From Vicinamibacterales bacterium (lineage in GTDB: Bacteria; Acidobacteriota; Vicinamibacteria; Vicinamibacterales; UBA8438): a stretch of DNA of 64,000 bases. The stretch covers positions 4,851,617-4,915,616 of the forward strand of contig OZ242323.1 of assembly GCA_965208165.1 (NCBI GenBank), given 5' to 3'. How positions within the stretch are numbered: position 1 is the first letter of the stretch; every line of letters begins with the position of its first letter. This document shows positions 26,438 to 34,430 of this stretch, in pieces. Under the pieces are notes generated by a model that saw only the letters and a program-made list of their open reading frames with translations, searched no databases and was not told where the DNA came from. Made by a program: the position numbers and the translations under genes.

Positions 26438-27517
26438 GTGCTGACGCTCGAGACCCTGGGGTGGGACGACCGGTTCGAGGCCGAGCTTCGGACCTGCGGC
26501 GACGGCGGCCTGCGGCCGGCCCGCGTCGCCGTCGCCCACAACGCGTTTTACCAGCTCAGCACCGCCGACGGCGAGGTGATGGCCGAGGTCGCGGGGCGGC
26601 TGCGCCACCGTTCGGCCGGCAGCGACGCCCGCCCGGTGGTCGGCGACTGGGTCGGCATCCGCCCCGGCGCGAACGGGAGCGCGACCATCGAGGCGGTGCT
26701 GCCGCGCCGCCACTGCTTCTCGCGCAAGGCGGCCGGCGAGCCGACCCGCCGGCAGCTCGTCGCCGCCAACATCGACACCGTGCTTGTCGTGAGCGGCCTC
26801 GACGACGACTTCAACCTGCGGCGGATCGAGCGGTACCTCGTGGCCATCCGGAACAGCGGCGCCGCCCCGGTGCTCGTCCTCAACAAGCCGGACGTGTGCC
26901 CCGACCCCGAGACCCGCCGCGCCGCCGCCGCCGCCCTCGCCCCCGAGGCCCCCCTGCACGTCATCGAGGCGCTGCGCCCCGGCGGGGCCGAGCCCCTGCG
27001 GCGGCATCTGCCTCCGGGGCGGACCGGGGCGCTGATCGGCTCGTCGGGCGTCGGGAAGTCGACCATCATCAACCGCCTGCTCGGCCGCGAACGGCAGCGG
27101 ACCGCGGCGGTGCGGCGCCGCGACGGCCGGGGTCGGCACACGACGACGCAGCGCGAGTTGATTCTCCTGCCGGGCGGCGGCCTGATCATCGACACGCCGG
27201 GCATGCGCGAGCTGCAGCTCTGGGAAGACTCGGACGCGCTCGACGACGCGTTCGACGACGTCCAGGCGCTGGCCGCCGGCTGCCGCTTCCGCGACTGCGA
27301 ACACGAGGGCGAGCCACGGTGCGCGGTGCGGCAGGCGGTCGAGACGGGACGCCTCGGCGCCGCCCGCCTCGACAGCTACCGCCGGCTGCGCCGGGAACGG
27401 GAGGCGGCGCGGCAACGCCGCGACGAGCTGGCGCGGCTCGAGGAGCAGAAACGGGGCAGGACCGCGCACCGGGCGGTGCGGGGGTTCCGCTCGAACCGGC
27501 TGACCGACGACGGGTAG
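26438..27517 (+). CDS. rsgA: Ribosome small-subunit-dependent GTPase A
   Basis: Trimmed from the 26117 ORF to GTG at 26438 (VLTLETLGWDDRF). Circularly permuted GTPase motifs LNKPD, GSSGVGKSTIIN, DTPGMRE. Zinc-knuckle CRFRDCEHEGEPRCAV. Confidence 0.9.
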   Translation: MLTLETLGWDDRFEAELRTCGDGGLRPARVAVAHNAFYQLSTADGEVMAEVAGRLRHRSAGSDARPVVGDWVGIRPGANGSATIEAVLPRRHCFSRKAAGEPTRRQLVAANIDTVLVVSGLDDDFNLRRIERYLVAIRNSGAAPVLVLNKPDVCPDPETRRAAAAALAPEAPLHVIEALRPGGAEPLRRHLPPGRTGALIGSSGVGKSTIINRLLGRERQRTAAVRRRDGRGRHTTTQRELILLPGGGLIIDTPGMRELQLWEDSDALDDAFDDVQALAAGCRFRDCEHEGEPRCAVRQAVETGRLGAARLDSYRRLRREREAARQRRDELARLEEQKRGRTAHRAVRGFRSNRLTDDG

Positions 27518-27536
27518 AGGAGCAGGAGGAAGCAGC

Positions 27537-28760
27537 ATGAGAACCGCACTCGCGGCTATCGGCCTGACGCTGGCGGCGGCCGCCGCCCAGGCGCAGGAGG
27601 ACACCGTCACCATCCGGGCCGGCCGGCTCCTCGACGGGCTCGGCAACGTGCGCGAGAACGTCATCGTGCACGTCACCGGATCGCGCATCAGCGCCGTCGA
27701 GCCGGCGCCCGCCGGCGAAGGGGCCGCCCCGGTCGGCTACGACCTGTCCGGGCTCACCCTCATGCCGGGGCTCATCGACACCCACGTGCATCTGACCGCG
27801 CACTTCAACGCCGACGGGCGCGCCGACCCCGACCCGGCCGAGACGCCGGCCCAGACCATCCTCTACGCGGCCGAGAACGCCTGGGCCACGCTGATGGCCG
27901 GCTTCACCACCGTGCAGAGCCTCGGCAGCCCCGCCGACCGCGACCTGCGCGACGCCATCGCCCGCGGGGTCCTGCCCGGCCCCCGGGTGCTCACCTCGCT
28001 GCGCGCGGTCGGGGCCGGCACGGGGTCTCCGGACGAGATCCGCGCGTTCGTGCGCCGCCTGAAGGACGACGGGGCGGACGTCGTGAAGGTGTTCGCCTCG
28101 GCCAGCATCCGCGAGGGGGGCGGGCTGGTCATGACCCCCGAGCAGCTCGAGGCGGTGTGCACGGAGGCGCAGGCGGTCGGGCTGCGCACGGTGGTCCACG
28201 CCTACGGCACCGACGGGCTGACCGCGACCATCGAGGCGGGTTGCGGGGGCATCGAGCACGGCAACCGCTACGACGACGCGGTCATCGAGCTGATGGCCGA
28301 GCGCGGCACCTGGCTCGACCCCCACGTCCACTTGCTCTGGGCCAACTACTTCGAGCACCGCGACCGCTTCATCGGCCGCGGCAACTACACCGAGGAGGGC
28401 TTCGCGTTGATGGAGGAGGCGCGGACCACCGGCTACGAGACGTTCCGCCGCACCCTCGCCCACGGCGGCGTGAAGGTCGTCTACGGCACCGACGCGGTGG
28501 CCGGCTCCCACGGGCGCAACGCCGAGGAGCTCGTCTACCGCGTCCGCGACGGCGGCCAGGACCCGATGGACGCCATCGTCTCGGCGACGTCCCTCGCGGC
28601 CGAGTCGCTGGGGCTCGCGGACACCATCGGCCGCGTCCAGTCGGGATACGAGGCCGACCTCGTGGCCGTCGCCGGCAACCCCCTCGACGACGTCGCCGCC
28701 GTGCGCGACGTGCGGTTCGTCATGAAGGGCGGCGTCGTCTACCGGAACTCAGCGCGCTGA
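27537..28760 (+). CDS. Amidohydrolase family protein (secreted metal-dependent hydrolase)
   Basis: Signal peptide (LAAIGLTLAAAAAQAQ). PGLIDTHVHL metal-binding motif, VVHAYG, IEHG, YGTDAVAG, VAGNPLDD. Confidence 0.9.
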   Translation: MRTALAAIGLTLAAAAAQAQEDTVTIRAGRLLDGLGNVRENVIVHVTGSRISAVEPAPAGEGAAPVGYDLSGLTLMPGLIDTHVHLTAHFNADGRADPDPAETPAQTILYAAENAWATLMAGFTTVQSLGSPADRDLRDAIARGVLPGPRVLTSLRAVGAGTGSPDEIRAFVRRLKDDGADVVKVFASASIREGGGLVMTPEQLEAVCTEAQAVGLRTVVHAYGTDGLTATIEAGCGGIEHGNRYDDAVIELMAERGTWLDPHVHLLWANYFEHRDRFIGRGNYTEEGFALMEEARTTGYETFRRTLAHGGVKVVYGTDAVAGSHGRNAEELVYRVRDGGQDPMDAIVSATSLAAESLGLADTIGRVQSGYEADLVAVAGNPLDDVAAVRDVRFVMKGGVVYRNSAR

Positions 28761-28767
28761 GTTCCGG
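28742..28767. terminator. Perfect 26-bp palindrome (hairpin) spanning the amidohydrolase stop codon
   Basis: CCGGAACTCAGCGCGCTGAGTTCCGG, every position checked as self-complementary. The TGA stop is at 28758-28760, inside the 3' arm. It lies between convergent genes. There is no U-tract, so intrinsic-terminator function is not assured. Confidence 0.4.
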
Positions 28768-28814
28768 CCGCTCCCGGCGGCCGCGCCGAAAGAGCGAGGA
28801 CGCTGGGCAGAGGC

Positions 28815-28863
28815 CATGTCACGTTGGAAAGGGCAACCCCGCAGGCGACGACTGGCGGGCTAG
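28815..28863. repeat. REP/MITE-like repeat half-copy D
   Basis: ...GCAACCCCGCAGGCGACGACTGGCGGGCTAGCG. The terminal CTAG supplies the stop of the minus-strand 28860-29273 gene. Confidence 0.6.
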
Positions 28864-29273
28864 CGCCAGAGGCCGAGCACGACCGCCATCACCCCGATCG
28901 ACGCGACCTGATAGCCGCCGTCGATGACCCACAGGCTGAGGGGCTTGTCCGAGAAGCGGTTGTTGGTGAGGCCGACGGTGGCCGAGAACCCGAGCCAGAG
29001 GTGCAGGCCGACATGGAACGTCGGACCGACGCCCTCGCCGAAGTGGCTGGCGATCACGGCCAGGATCGTCGCCATCACGAACCAGCAGACGAACGAGAGG
29101 GCGTAGGTCGGCCCCATGCCGCGCTGCATGCGCTCCAGGTCCGCCTCGGTGTAGCCCTGGGCCGCCATCCAGGCCTTCGCGAACAGCAGGGGCGAGTACC
29201 ACAGCATGCCGAGGACGAACGACAGCACCGCGGCCAGTCCGACGGCGAGATAGTTGACCTCTGCGAATCCCAT
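28860..29273 (-). CDS. DUF1761-like integral membrane protein
   Basis: Trimmed to Met at 29273, which is preceded by GAGGGAGGA. MGFAEVNYLAVGLAAVLSFVLGMLWYSPLLFAKAWM... with four predicted TM segments, typical of DUF1761. Confidence 0.75.
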   Translation of the reverse strand: MGFAEVNYLAVGLAAVLSFVLGMLWYSPLLFAKAWMAAQGYTEADLERMQRGMGPTYALSFVCWFVMATILAVIASHFGEGVGPTFHVGLHLWLGFSATVGLTNNRFSDKPLSLWVIDGGYQVASIGVMAVVLGLWR

Positions 29274-29443
29274 CCCCGTTCCTCCCTCGTCGCCGAACCC
29301 GATTCCCGAGGCCCGGCCCGCCGGGCCGGGACCGCTCCGCGCCGCAGACTCCAAGTGTGGCTGGTGGAGCGCGGAATCGTCAACGCGAGGGCGGGCGGCT
29401 CGGGCCGGCGGACCGGCCGCCGGCGTGCGTCACCCTCCGGACG

Positions 29444-29473
29444 TTGACGGTGCTCGTGCAACGCCCGTAGCAT
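29444..29473 (+). promoter_or_regulatory. Promoter candidate TTGACG-18-TAGCAT
   Basis: TTGACG at 29444-29449 and TAGCAT at 29468-29473. The -10-like hexamer is the same as in the vapBC candidate. It lies about 140 nt upstream of the MBL-fold gene. Confidence 0.3.
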
Positions 29474-29613
29474 GGCGGTCGCAGGGTTGCGAACGCCGTT
29501 GGCGCCGAACCTCGCCGGCGATGCCGGCGCCTCCGGCGGTTTCCTGGCCACTGACCGGCATCGCCGTGGCCCGGACGGACGGGTCGCGAGGACTCACTGA
29601 AAGCAGGTTCACC

Positions 29614-30411
29614 ATGCGTCTCACCGTGCTCACGACGTTCACCGCGGCGCTGCTGACCGCCGCCGCCCCCGCCGCCGCGCAATCGTCGGACCGCTTCCCG
29701 GCCGAGGGCGGCGACGTCGTCGTCACCCCCATCCTCCACTCGAGCGTGCAGATCGAGCACGCCGGCACGGTGGTGCACATCGACCCCTGGACGGCCGGCG
29801 ACCTGACGGACGCCAAGCCCGCCGACCTGATTCTCGTGACCGACGACCCGGCCCACCACCTCGACCCGGCCGCCATCGAGCAGCTCCGCAAGCCCGGGGC
29901 CCCGGTCGTGCTGACCGCGACCGCCCACGCCCGTTTCGGCGACGGCGTGGTGCTCGCGAACGGCGAGCAGGGGGTGTTCGCCGGCGTGCCGGTGGAGGCG
30001 GTCCCCGCCTACGACATGACGCCCGGCCAGCCGTGGCACCCGAAGGGCGAGGCGAACGGCTACGTCGTCACCCTGGGAGGAAAGCGGCTCTTCTTCTCGG
30101 GCGTGGGCGAGTGCGTCCCCGAGATACAGGCGCTCGAAGACATCGACGTGGCGTTCATGCCGATGAACCTGCCCGTCGACCGCATGCGCCCGATCCCGGT
30201 GGCGGAGTGCGTGAAGACCTTCGGGCCGCCGGTCGTCTACCTCATCCACTACGACAACGCGACCGCGCGCTGGTTCGGCGATCCCGAGCAGCCCCGCCCC
30301 GACAACGCGATGGAGATCGCGGCCACGATCCAGGCCCTGCGGGACGCCCTCGGGGGAGAGCCGATCGAGGTGCGCGACGGCGACTGGTATCCGGCCCGGA
30401 CGGCGCGGTAG
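29614..30411 (+). CDS. MBL-fold metallo-hydrolase (secreted)
   Basis: Trimmed from the 29254 ORF to ATG at 29614. Signal peptide MRLTVLTTFTAALLTAAAPAAAQ. DLILVTDDPAHHLD (degenerate HxHxDH region), FMPMNLP, VVYLIHYD. Confidence 0.8.
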   Translation: MRLTVLTTFTAALLTAAAPAAAQSSDRFPAEGGDVVVTPILHSSVQIEHAGTVVHIDPWTAGDLTDAKPADLILVTDDPAHHLDPAAIEQLRKPGAPVVLTATAHARFGDGVVLANGEQGVFAGVPVEAVPAYDMTPGQPWHPKGEANGYVVTLGGKRLFFSGVGECVPEIQALEDIDVAFMPMNLPVDRMRPIPVAECVKTFGPPVVYLIHYDNATARWFGDPEQPRPDNAMEIAATIQALRDALGGEPIEVRDGDWYPARTAR

Positions 30412-30576
30412 CGGCGCGGCTCCGCGAACGGCGCGGATTCGTGGAAGGTCGGTTGGGCGGCCAGCGGAGCCGAAGGCGACGGTTGGCGCGGCGGGAGTCT
30501 GCGCCGCGGAACGGCGCGGATTCCTGGAGGGTCGGTGGGCGCCGAGGGGAGCCGAAGGCGGCGGTTGGCGGGCTAG
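30400..30576. repeat. REP/MITE-like repeat cluster E (2 units) filling a convergent intergenic gap
   Basis: GAACGGCGCGGATTCGTGGAAGGTCGGTTGGGCGGCCAGCGGAGCCGAAGGCGACGGTTGGCGCGGCGGGAGTCTGCGCC-GCGGAAC-GGCGCGGATTCCTGGAGGGTCGGTGGGCGCCGAGGGGAGCCGAAGGCGGCGGTTGGCGGGCTAG. The flanking genes stop at 30409-30411 (TAG) and 30573-30575 (CTA). Confidence 0.85.
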
Positions 30577-31121
30577 TGGACCCCGCTGCTCATCTGCAGC
30601 AGGGTGGGATCGGCGCCGAGGCGCCGGATGGCCGTCTCCCACATCTGAGCGGCCTTGACGTCGAAGATGAGGTCGAGCTGCACGTCGGCGATCAGCCACG
30701 CCGACGCCGACAGCTCGGCGTCGAGCTGACCGGCCGCCCAGCCCGCGTAGCCGGTCAGGAGCCGTGTGCGGTCGGGGGGACGGTCTTCGAGGAGCCGCCG
30801 CAACAGGTTGGGGGACGTGGACAGGTAGAGGCCCTCGCAGACCTCGACCGACTCGGCATCGGCCGGCTCGTGCCCCATCAGAATCCAGCCCCGCTCGGGC
30901 TCGACGGGGCCGCCGATCCAGAGCTGCAGGCCGTTGTCCACATCGACCGGCGGGGTCAGCCGCACCACCGAGGAGACCGGCGTGTCCGTCTTCCGGTTCA
31001 GCACGAGCCCGAAGGCGCCCTCCTCGCCGTGCTCGCAGAGCAGCACCACGGTCCGCCGGAAGTTCGGATCGTGGAGCTGGGGCATCGAGAGCAGCAGCCT
31101 CGGCGCCAGCGACTTTTTCAT
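30573..31121 (-). CDS. yqgE: YqgE/AlgH family protein (UPF0301)
   Basis: These are the last 182 codons of the 620-aa frame. Start at the ATG preceded by GAAGGGG. LLLSMPQLHDPNFRRTVVLLCEHGEEGAFGLVLNR...GGPV...GYAGWAAGQLDAEL is the family signature. Confidence 0.85.
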   Translation of the reverse strand: MKKSLAPRLLLSMPQLHDPNFRRTVVLLCEHGEEGAFGLVLNRKTDTPVSSVVRLTPPVDVDNGLQLWIGGPVEPERGWILMGHEPADAESVEVCEGLYLSTSPNLLRRLLEDRPPDRTRLLTGYAGWAAGQLDAELSASAWLIADVQLDLIFDVKAAQMWETAIRRLGADPTLLQMSSGVH

Positions 31122-31189
31122 CCCCTTCGTCACTCGCTGATCATAGTGCATGTCTCCGCTACCGCCCCGTCCGGCGACGCTGGCGCCCG

Positions 31190-31430
31190 GCCCCCCGTTG
31201 CCGCCGACTCTCCTGTCCCGCCAATCGTCGCCGGGCGACCTTGCGGTCGCCTCGGGAGTCTCGCTGACGCGGAATCCCAGCGCCCCGAGGACGGCCGCGC
31301 AACCGACCCTCCACGAGTCCGCGCCCTCGGCGCCGACTTCCTGCTCGCCCACCGTCGCCTGACGGCTCTGCCGGGGGCCCAACCCACGCTCCAGGGGCTC
31401 GCGGCGTTCTACGACGCAGACTCCTGGCCG
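31190..31430. repeat. REP/MITE-like repeat cluster F (about 2.5 units, reverse orientation)
   Basis: CCCGCCAATCGTCGCC..., ...GCGCAACCGACCCTCCACGAGTCCGCGCC..., GGCGCCGACTTCCTGCTCGCCCACCGTCGCCTGACGGCTCTGCC...CCCAACCCACGCTCCAGGGGCTCGCGGCGTTCTAC-GACGCAGACTCCTGGCC. These are reverse complements of the family consensus. Confidence 0.8.
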
Positions 31431-32488
31431 CGCCGCCGCGCGAGCTCGCCCCGCGCCCACTCGACGTGCTCCTCCACCAGCGGGTCGCGAACCGAGTCGG
31501 CGTCGGTCCGGGTCTCGTACCGTTCCGGGGCCAGCGCGGCGCGGGCGCCGGCGGCGCCGCTGTTGCCCATCGCCACCGCCACGTTCCGGCGCAGCCGCTT
31601 CACCCGGGCCCGGGTCATCGGTCCCTTGCGGATGGCGTCCCGCAACCGGGCGTCCGACCGGCGCCACAGCTCGACCAGGGAGGGCCGGTCCAGGGCGGGC
31701 CGGGGCTGCCACGCCGGGTCGTCGCTGACCGGCGCCGCCGCGTTGTAGGGGCAGACCTCCTGGCAGATGTCGCACCCGTAGACGTGCGCCCCCAGGTCGG
31801 CGCGCTGCCCCGAAGGAATGGCCCCCTTCGTCTCGATCGTCAGGTAGGACAGGCAGCGGGTGGAGTCGAGCACCCCCGGCTCGGGGAAGGCGCCGGTGGG
31901 GCACGCTTCGAGACACAGCGTGCAGGCGCCGCACTGGTCGAAGGCCGGCGGGTCGGGCTCGAGGGCGACGCTGCAAAGCACCTCGGACAGGAACAGCCAC
32001 GACCCGACGTCCGGGTTGATGAGGCAGGTGTTCTTGCCGATCCACCCGAGGCCGGCGTACTGCGCGTACACGCGCTCCTGCACGGGCCCGGTGTCGACGT
32101 AGACGCGCGTCTCGCAGGGCCCGCCGTGCGCCTCGCGCATCCACGCGCCGAGAGCCCGGGTGCGCTCGCCGACGACGTCGTGATAGTCGTCGCCCCACGC
32201 GTAGCGCGAGATCAGCGCCGTGCCGGGGTCGCCGATCTCGGTCGAGCAGGGCCGGTCGGTGTTGTAGAGGGTTCCCAGGGCCACGACCGTGCGCGCCGTC
32301 GGCATCACCGCACGGACATCGGCGCGGCGGTCGGCGGTGCGCGCCATGTACGCCATGTCGCCGGCGTAGCCCCGGTCGAGCCAGCCGCGCAGCGCGGCCA
32401 GCTCGGGAAACGCGGCGGCCGGGGCGACCCCGCACAGATCGAAGCCGAGGTCACGGGCCTTCGCCTTGACGGCGTCCGACGTCAGCAT
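31409..32488 (-). CDS. queG: Epoxyqueuosine reductase
   Basis: 359 aa. MLTSDAVKAKARDLGFDLCGVAPA..., GYAGDMAYM, two 4Fe-4S motifs CGACTLCLEACPTGAF and CDICQEVCPYN, and a HEAT-like C-terminus. Confidence 0.9.
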   Translation of the reverse strand: MLTSDAVKAKARDLGFDLCGVAPAAAFPELAALRGWLDRGYAGDMAYMARTADRRADVRAVMPTARTVVALGTLYNTDRPCSTEIGDPGTALISRYAWGDDYHDVVGERTRALGAWMREAHGGPCETRVYVDTGPVQERVYAQYAGLGWIGKNTCLINPDVGSWLFLSEVLCSVALEPDPPAFDQCGACTLCLEACPTGAFPEPGVLDSTRCLSYLTIETKGAIPSGQRADLGAHVYGCDICQEVCPYNAAAPVSDDPAWQPRPALDRPSLVELWRRSDARLRDAIRKGPMTRARVKRLRRNVAVAMGNSGAAGARAALAPERYETRTDADSVRDPLVEEHVEWARGELARRRGQESAS

Positions 32489-32504
32489 GGGAGGTCACTC
32501 CCGG

Positions 32505-32812
32505 GAATCGCCGAACGCGGCTCGGATGGCCGCCCAGCCAACCCGTCGGCGATCCCCGCCATCACCCGCCGCCTCCGCGGGAGCCGGCGACTCCGGGGAG
32601 CCAACGCCACGGCGGAATCGGATGGCCGCCCAGCCAACCCGTCGGCAAACCCCGCCGTCACCCGCCGCCTCCGCGGGAGCCGGCGACTCCGGGGAGCCAA
32701 CGCCACGGCGGAATCGGATGACCGCCCAGCCAACCCGTCGGCAAACCCCGCCGTCACCCGCCGCCTCCGCGGGAGCCGGCGACTCCGGGAGCCAACGCCA
32801 CGGCGGAGTCGG
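32505..32812. repeat. Tandem array, 96-bp period x about 3, diverged subfamily of the REP-like element
   Basis: GGATGGCCGCCCAGCCAACCCGTCGGC recurs at 32524, 32620 and 32716. The unit contains CGCCCAGCCAACCC, the reverse complement of the family core GGGTTGGyTGGGCG. It lies between divergent queG and the NHL-repeat gene. Confidence 0.9.
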
Positions 32813-32913
32813 CATCGTTCAGCAGCGCGGACTTCGGCGGCGGGCGGACCGCGACGCCCGGCTCGACACCCCGATGCGCCCACGAACCGGGTGTCGTACA
32901 CTGCGAACGCATC

Positions 32914-34065
32914 ATGCCACAACGACTGCTTGCGAGCCTGCCGATGCTCGCCCTGCCCCTCCTCGCGTGCGAGCGGCCCGAGGCCCCCGAGGCGGCCGCC
33001 GACGCCGCCGCGACCCCCGGGGAGCCCGCCGCCGCCCTCGCGTTCGAGGTCGACCCCTACTGGCCGCGGCCGCTCCCCGACGACTGGCTGCTCGGCAACG
33101 TCGTGGGCGTGGCCACCGACTCGCGGGACAACGTGTGGATCATCCACCGGCCGAACAGTCAGCGCGGGGCCGAGGCGACCCCGCCGGTCATCGCCTTCGA
33201 CCCCGAGGGCAACGTGGTCCACGGCTGGGGCGGGCCCGGCGACGGCTATGCATGGGGCACGCAGACCCACGGCATCCACGTCGACCACGGGGACAACGTG
33301 TGGGTCGGCTTCGGCGGCGGGCTCCCCTACGACCTGTCGAGCCGGGCCACCACCGACAACGCCCACGTGCTCAAGTTCACCCCGGACGGCGACTTCCTCC
33401 TGCAGATCGGCGAGTTCGGCAACGGCACCGCGGGCAGCGGCAGCACGGAGTTCCTCGGTCAGCCGACGGACATCTTCGTCGACCCCGAGACCGACGAGGT
33501 CTACGTCAGCGACGGCTACACCAACCGGCGGGTCATCGTCTTCGACGCCGACACCGGCGAGTACCGGCGTCACTGGGGCGGCTACGGCGACCCGCCCGAC
33601 GACGCGCCCCAGCCGGCGTTCACGCGGGACGGGCCGCTGCCGCGGCAGTTCAACACGCCGCACTGCGTCGGGCGGTCGGCCGACGGCAACGTCTATGTCT
33701 GCGACCGCGGCAACCAGCGCCTGCAGGTGTTCGAGCCTGACGGCACGTTCGCGACCGAGGCGCTGATCGCCGCCCCCCTTCGGGACGGCGCCGTCGGCGG
33801 GACGCCCTGGGACCTCGCCTTCTCGCGCGACGCCGACCAGCGGCTCGTGTACGTCGCCGACGGCGGGGCCCACGCCGTCCACGTGCTGCGCCGCGACACC
33901 CTGGAGGTGGCGGCGACGTTCGGACGCCGCGGGCGGTGGGCCGGCCAGTTCGAGTCGCCGCACAGCCTCGCCGTCGACTCGCGGGGCAACCTGTTCGTGG
34001 GCGAAACGCTTGACGGGCGCCGCGTCCAGAAGTTCGTGCCGGCCGAGACGGAGCCTGCGCCGTAG
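32914..34065 (+). CDS. NHL-repeat six-bladed beta-propeller protein (peptidylglycine lyase-like), secreted
   Basis: Signal-like LLASLPMLALPLLAC. Repeated blades (VATDSRDNVWIIHR, IFVDPETDEVYVSDGYTNRRVIVFD, VGRSADGNVYVCDRGNQRLQVFEPDG, LAVDSRGNLFVGETLDGRRVQKF). Confidence 0.8.
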   Translation: MPQRLLASLPMLALPLLACERPEAPEAAADAAATPGEPAAALAFEVDPYWPRPLPDDWLLGNVVGVATDSRDNVWIIHRPNSQRGAEATPPVIAFDPEGNVVHGWGGPGDGYAWGTQTHGIHVDHGDNVWVGFGGGLPYDLSSRATTDNAHVLKFTPDGDFLLQIGEFGNGTAGSGSTEFLGQPTDIFVDPETDEVYVSDGYTNRRVIVFDADTGEYRRHWGGYGDPPDDAPQPAFTRDGPLPRQFNTPHCVGRSADGNVYVCDRGNQRLQVFEPDGTFATEALIAAPLRDGAVGGTPWDLAFSRDADQRLVYVADGGAHAVHVLRRDTLEVAATFGRRGRWAGQFESPHSLAVDSRGNLFVGETLDGRRVQKFVPAETEPAP

Positions 34066-34138
34066 CGAGGCGGAGCCTGCGCCGTAGCGAGGCGGAGCCT
34101 GCGCCGTAGCGAGGCGGAGCCTGCGCCGTAGAACGGCG
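34051..34138. repeat. 22-bp tandem repeat x4, each copy carrying TAG
   Basis: GAGCCTGCGCCGTAGCGAGGCG starts at 34051, 34073, 34095 and 34117. The first TAG (34063-34065) is the stop of the NHL gene. The last copy ends GCGCCGTAGAACGGCGCC, which is the REP-family junction motif. Confidence 0.9.
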
Positions 34139-34430
34139 CCGCCCGCGCCCGGCAAGCCCCGGGATCCTCGGCAAGGCTCAACCTCTCGCTGCAAGGGACC
34201 CGCCCGGGGGTGCACGACATCATTGTTGGATGGCGGCCCCCCGGCGCCGTCGGGCTCTCGATTCACGGGGACGGCTGGGCCATGGACCCTCGCGGCAGGT
34301 CAATCCAAGGGCTGCCGCGCCCGCACACGAGGTGATGCCCGTCTTGCGTGGCGGCGCACGACTTTCCTGTCGTGCACCCCCCGCCCGGCTGGAACTTGCG
34401 CCAGCGGTGCAGTAGCATTCACGGGAATCC

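Noticed and set aside
30573-32435. 620-aa ORF spanning the yqgE region, a repeat cluster and the queG region
   Set aside because: Only the last 182 codons (YqgE/AlgH signature) are credible. The upstream part reads through REP cluster F and is out of frame with, and overlapping, the well-supported queG ORF (31409-32488).
32505-32812. Possible CRISPR array (regular tandem repeats). The same question applies to 36035-36295, 5523-5792 and 34051-34138.
   Set aside because: The entire period is repeated, with no unique spacer segments between conserved repeats. The units relate to the interspersed REP-like family. No cas genes are in the window.
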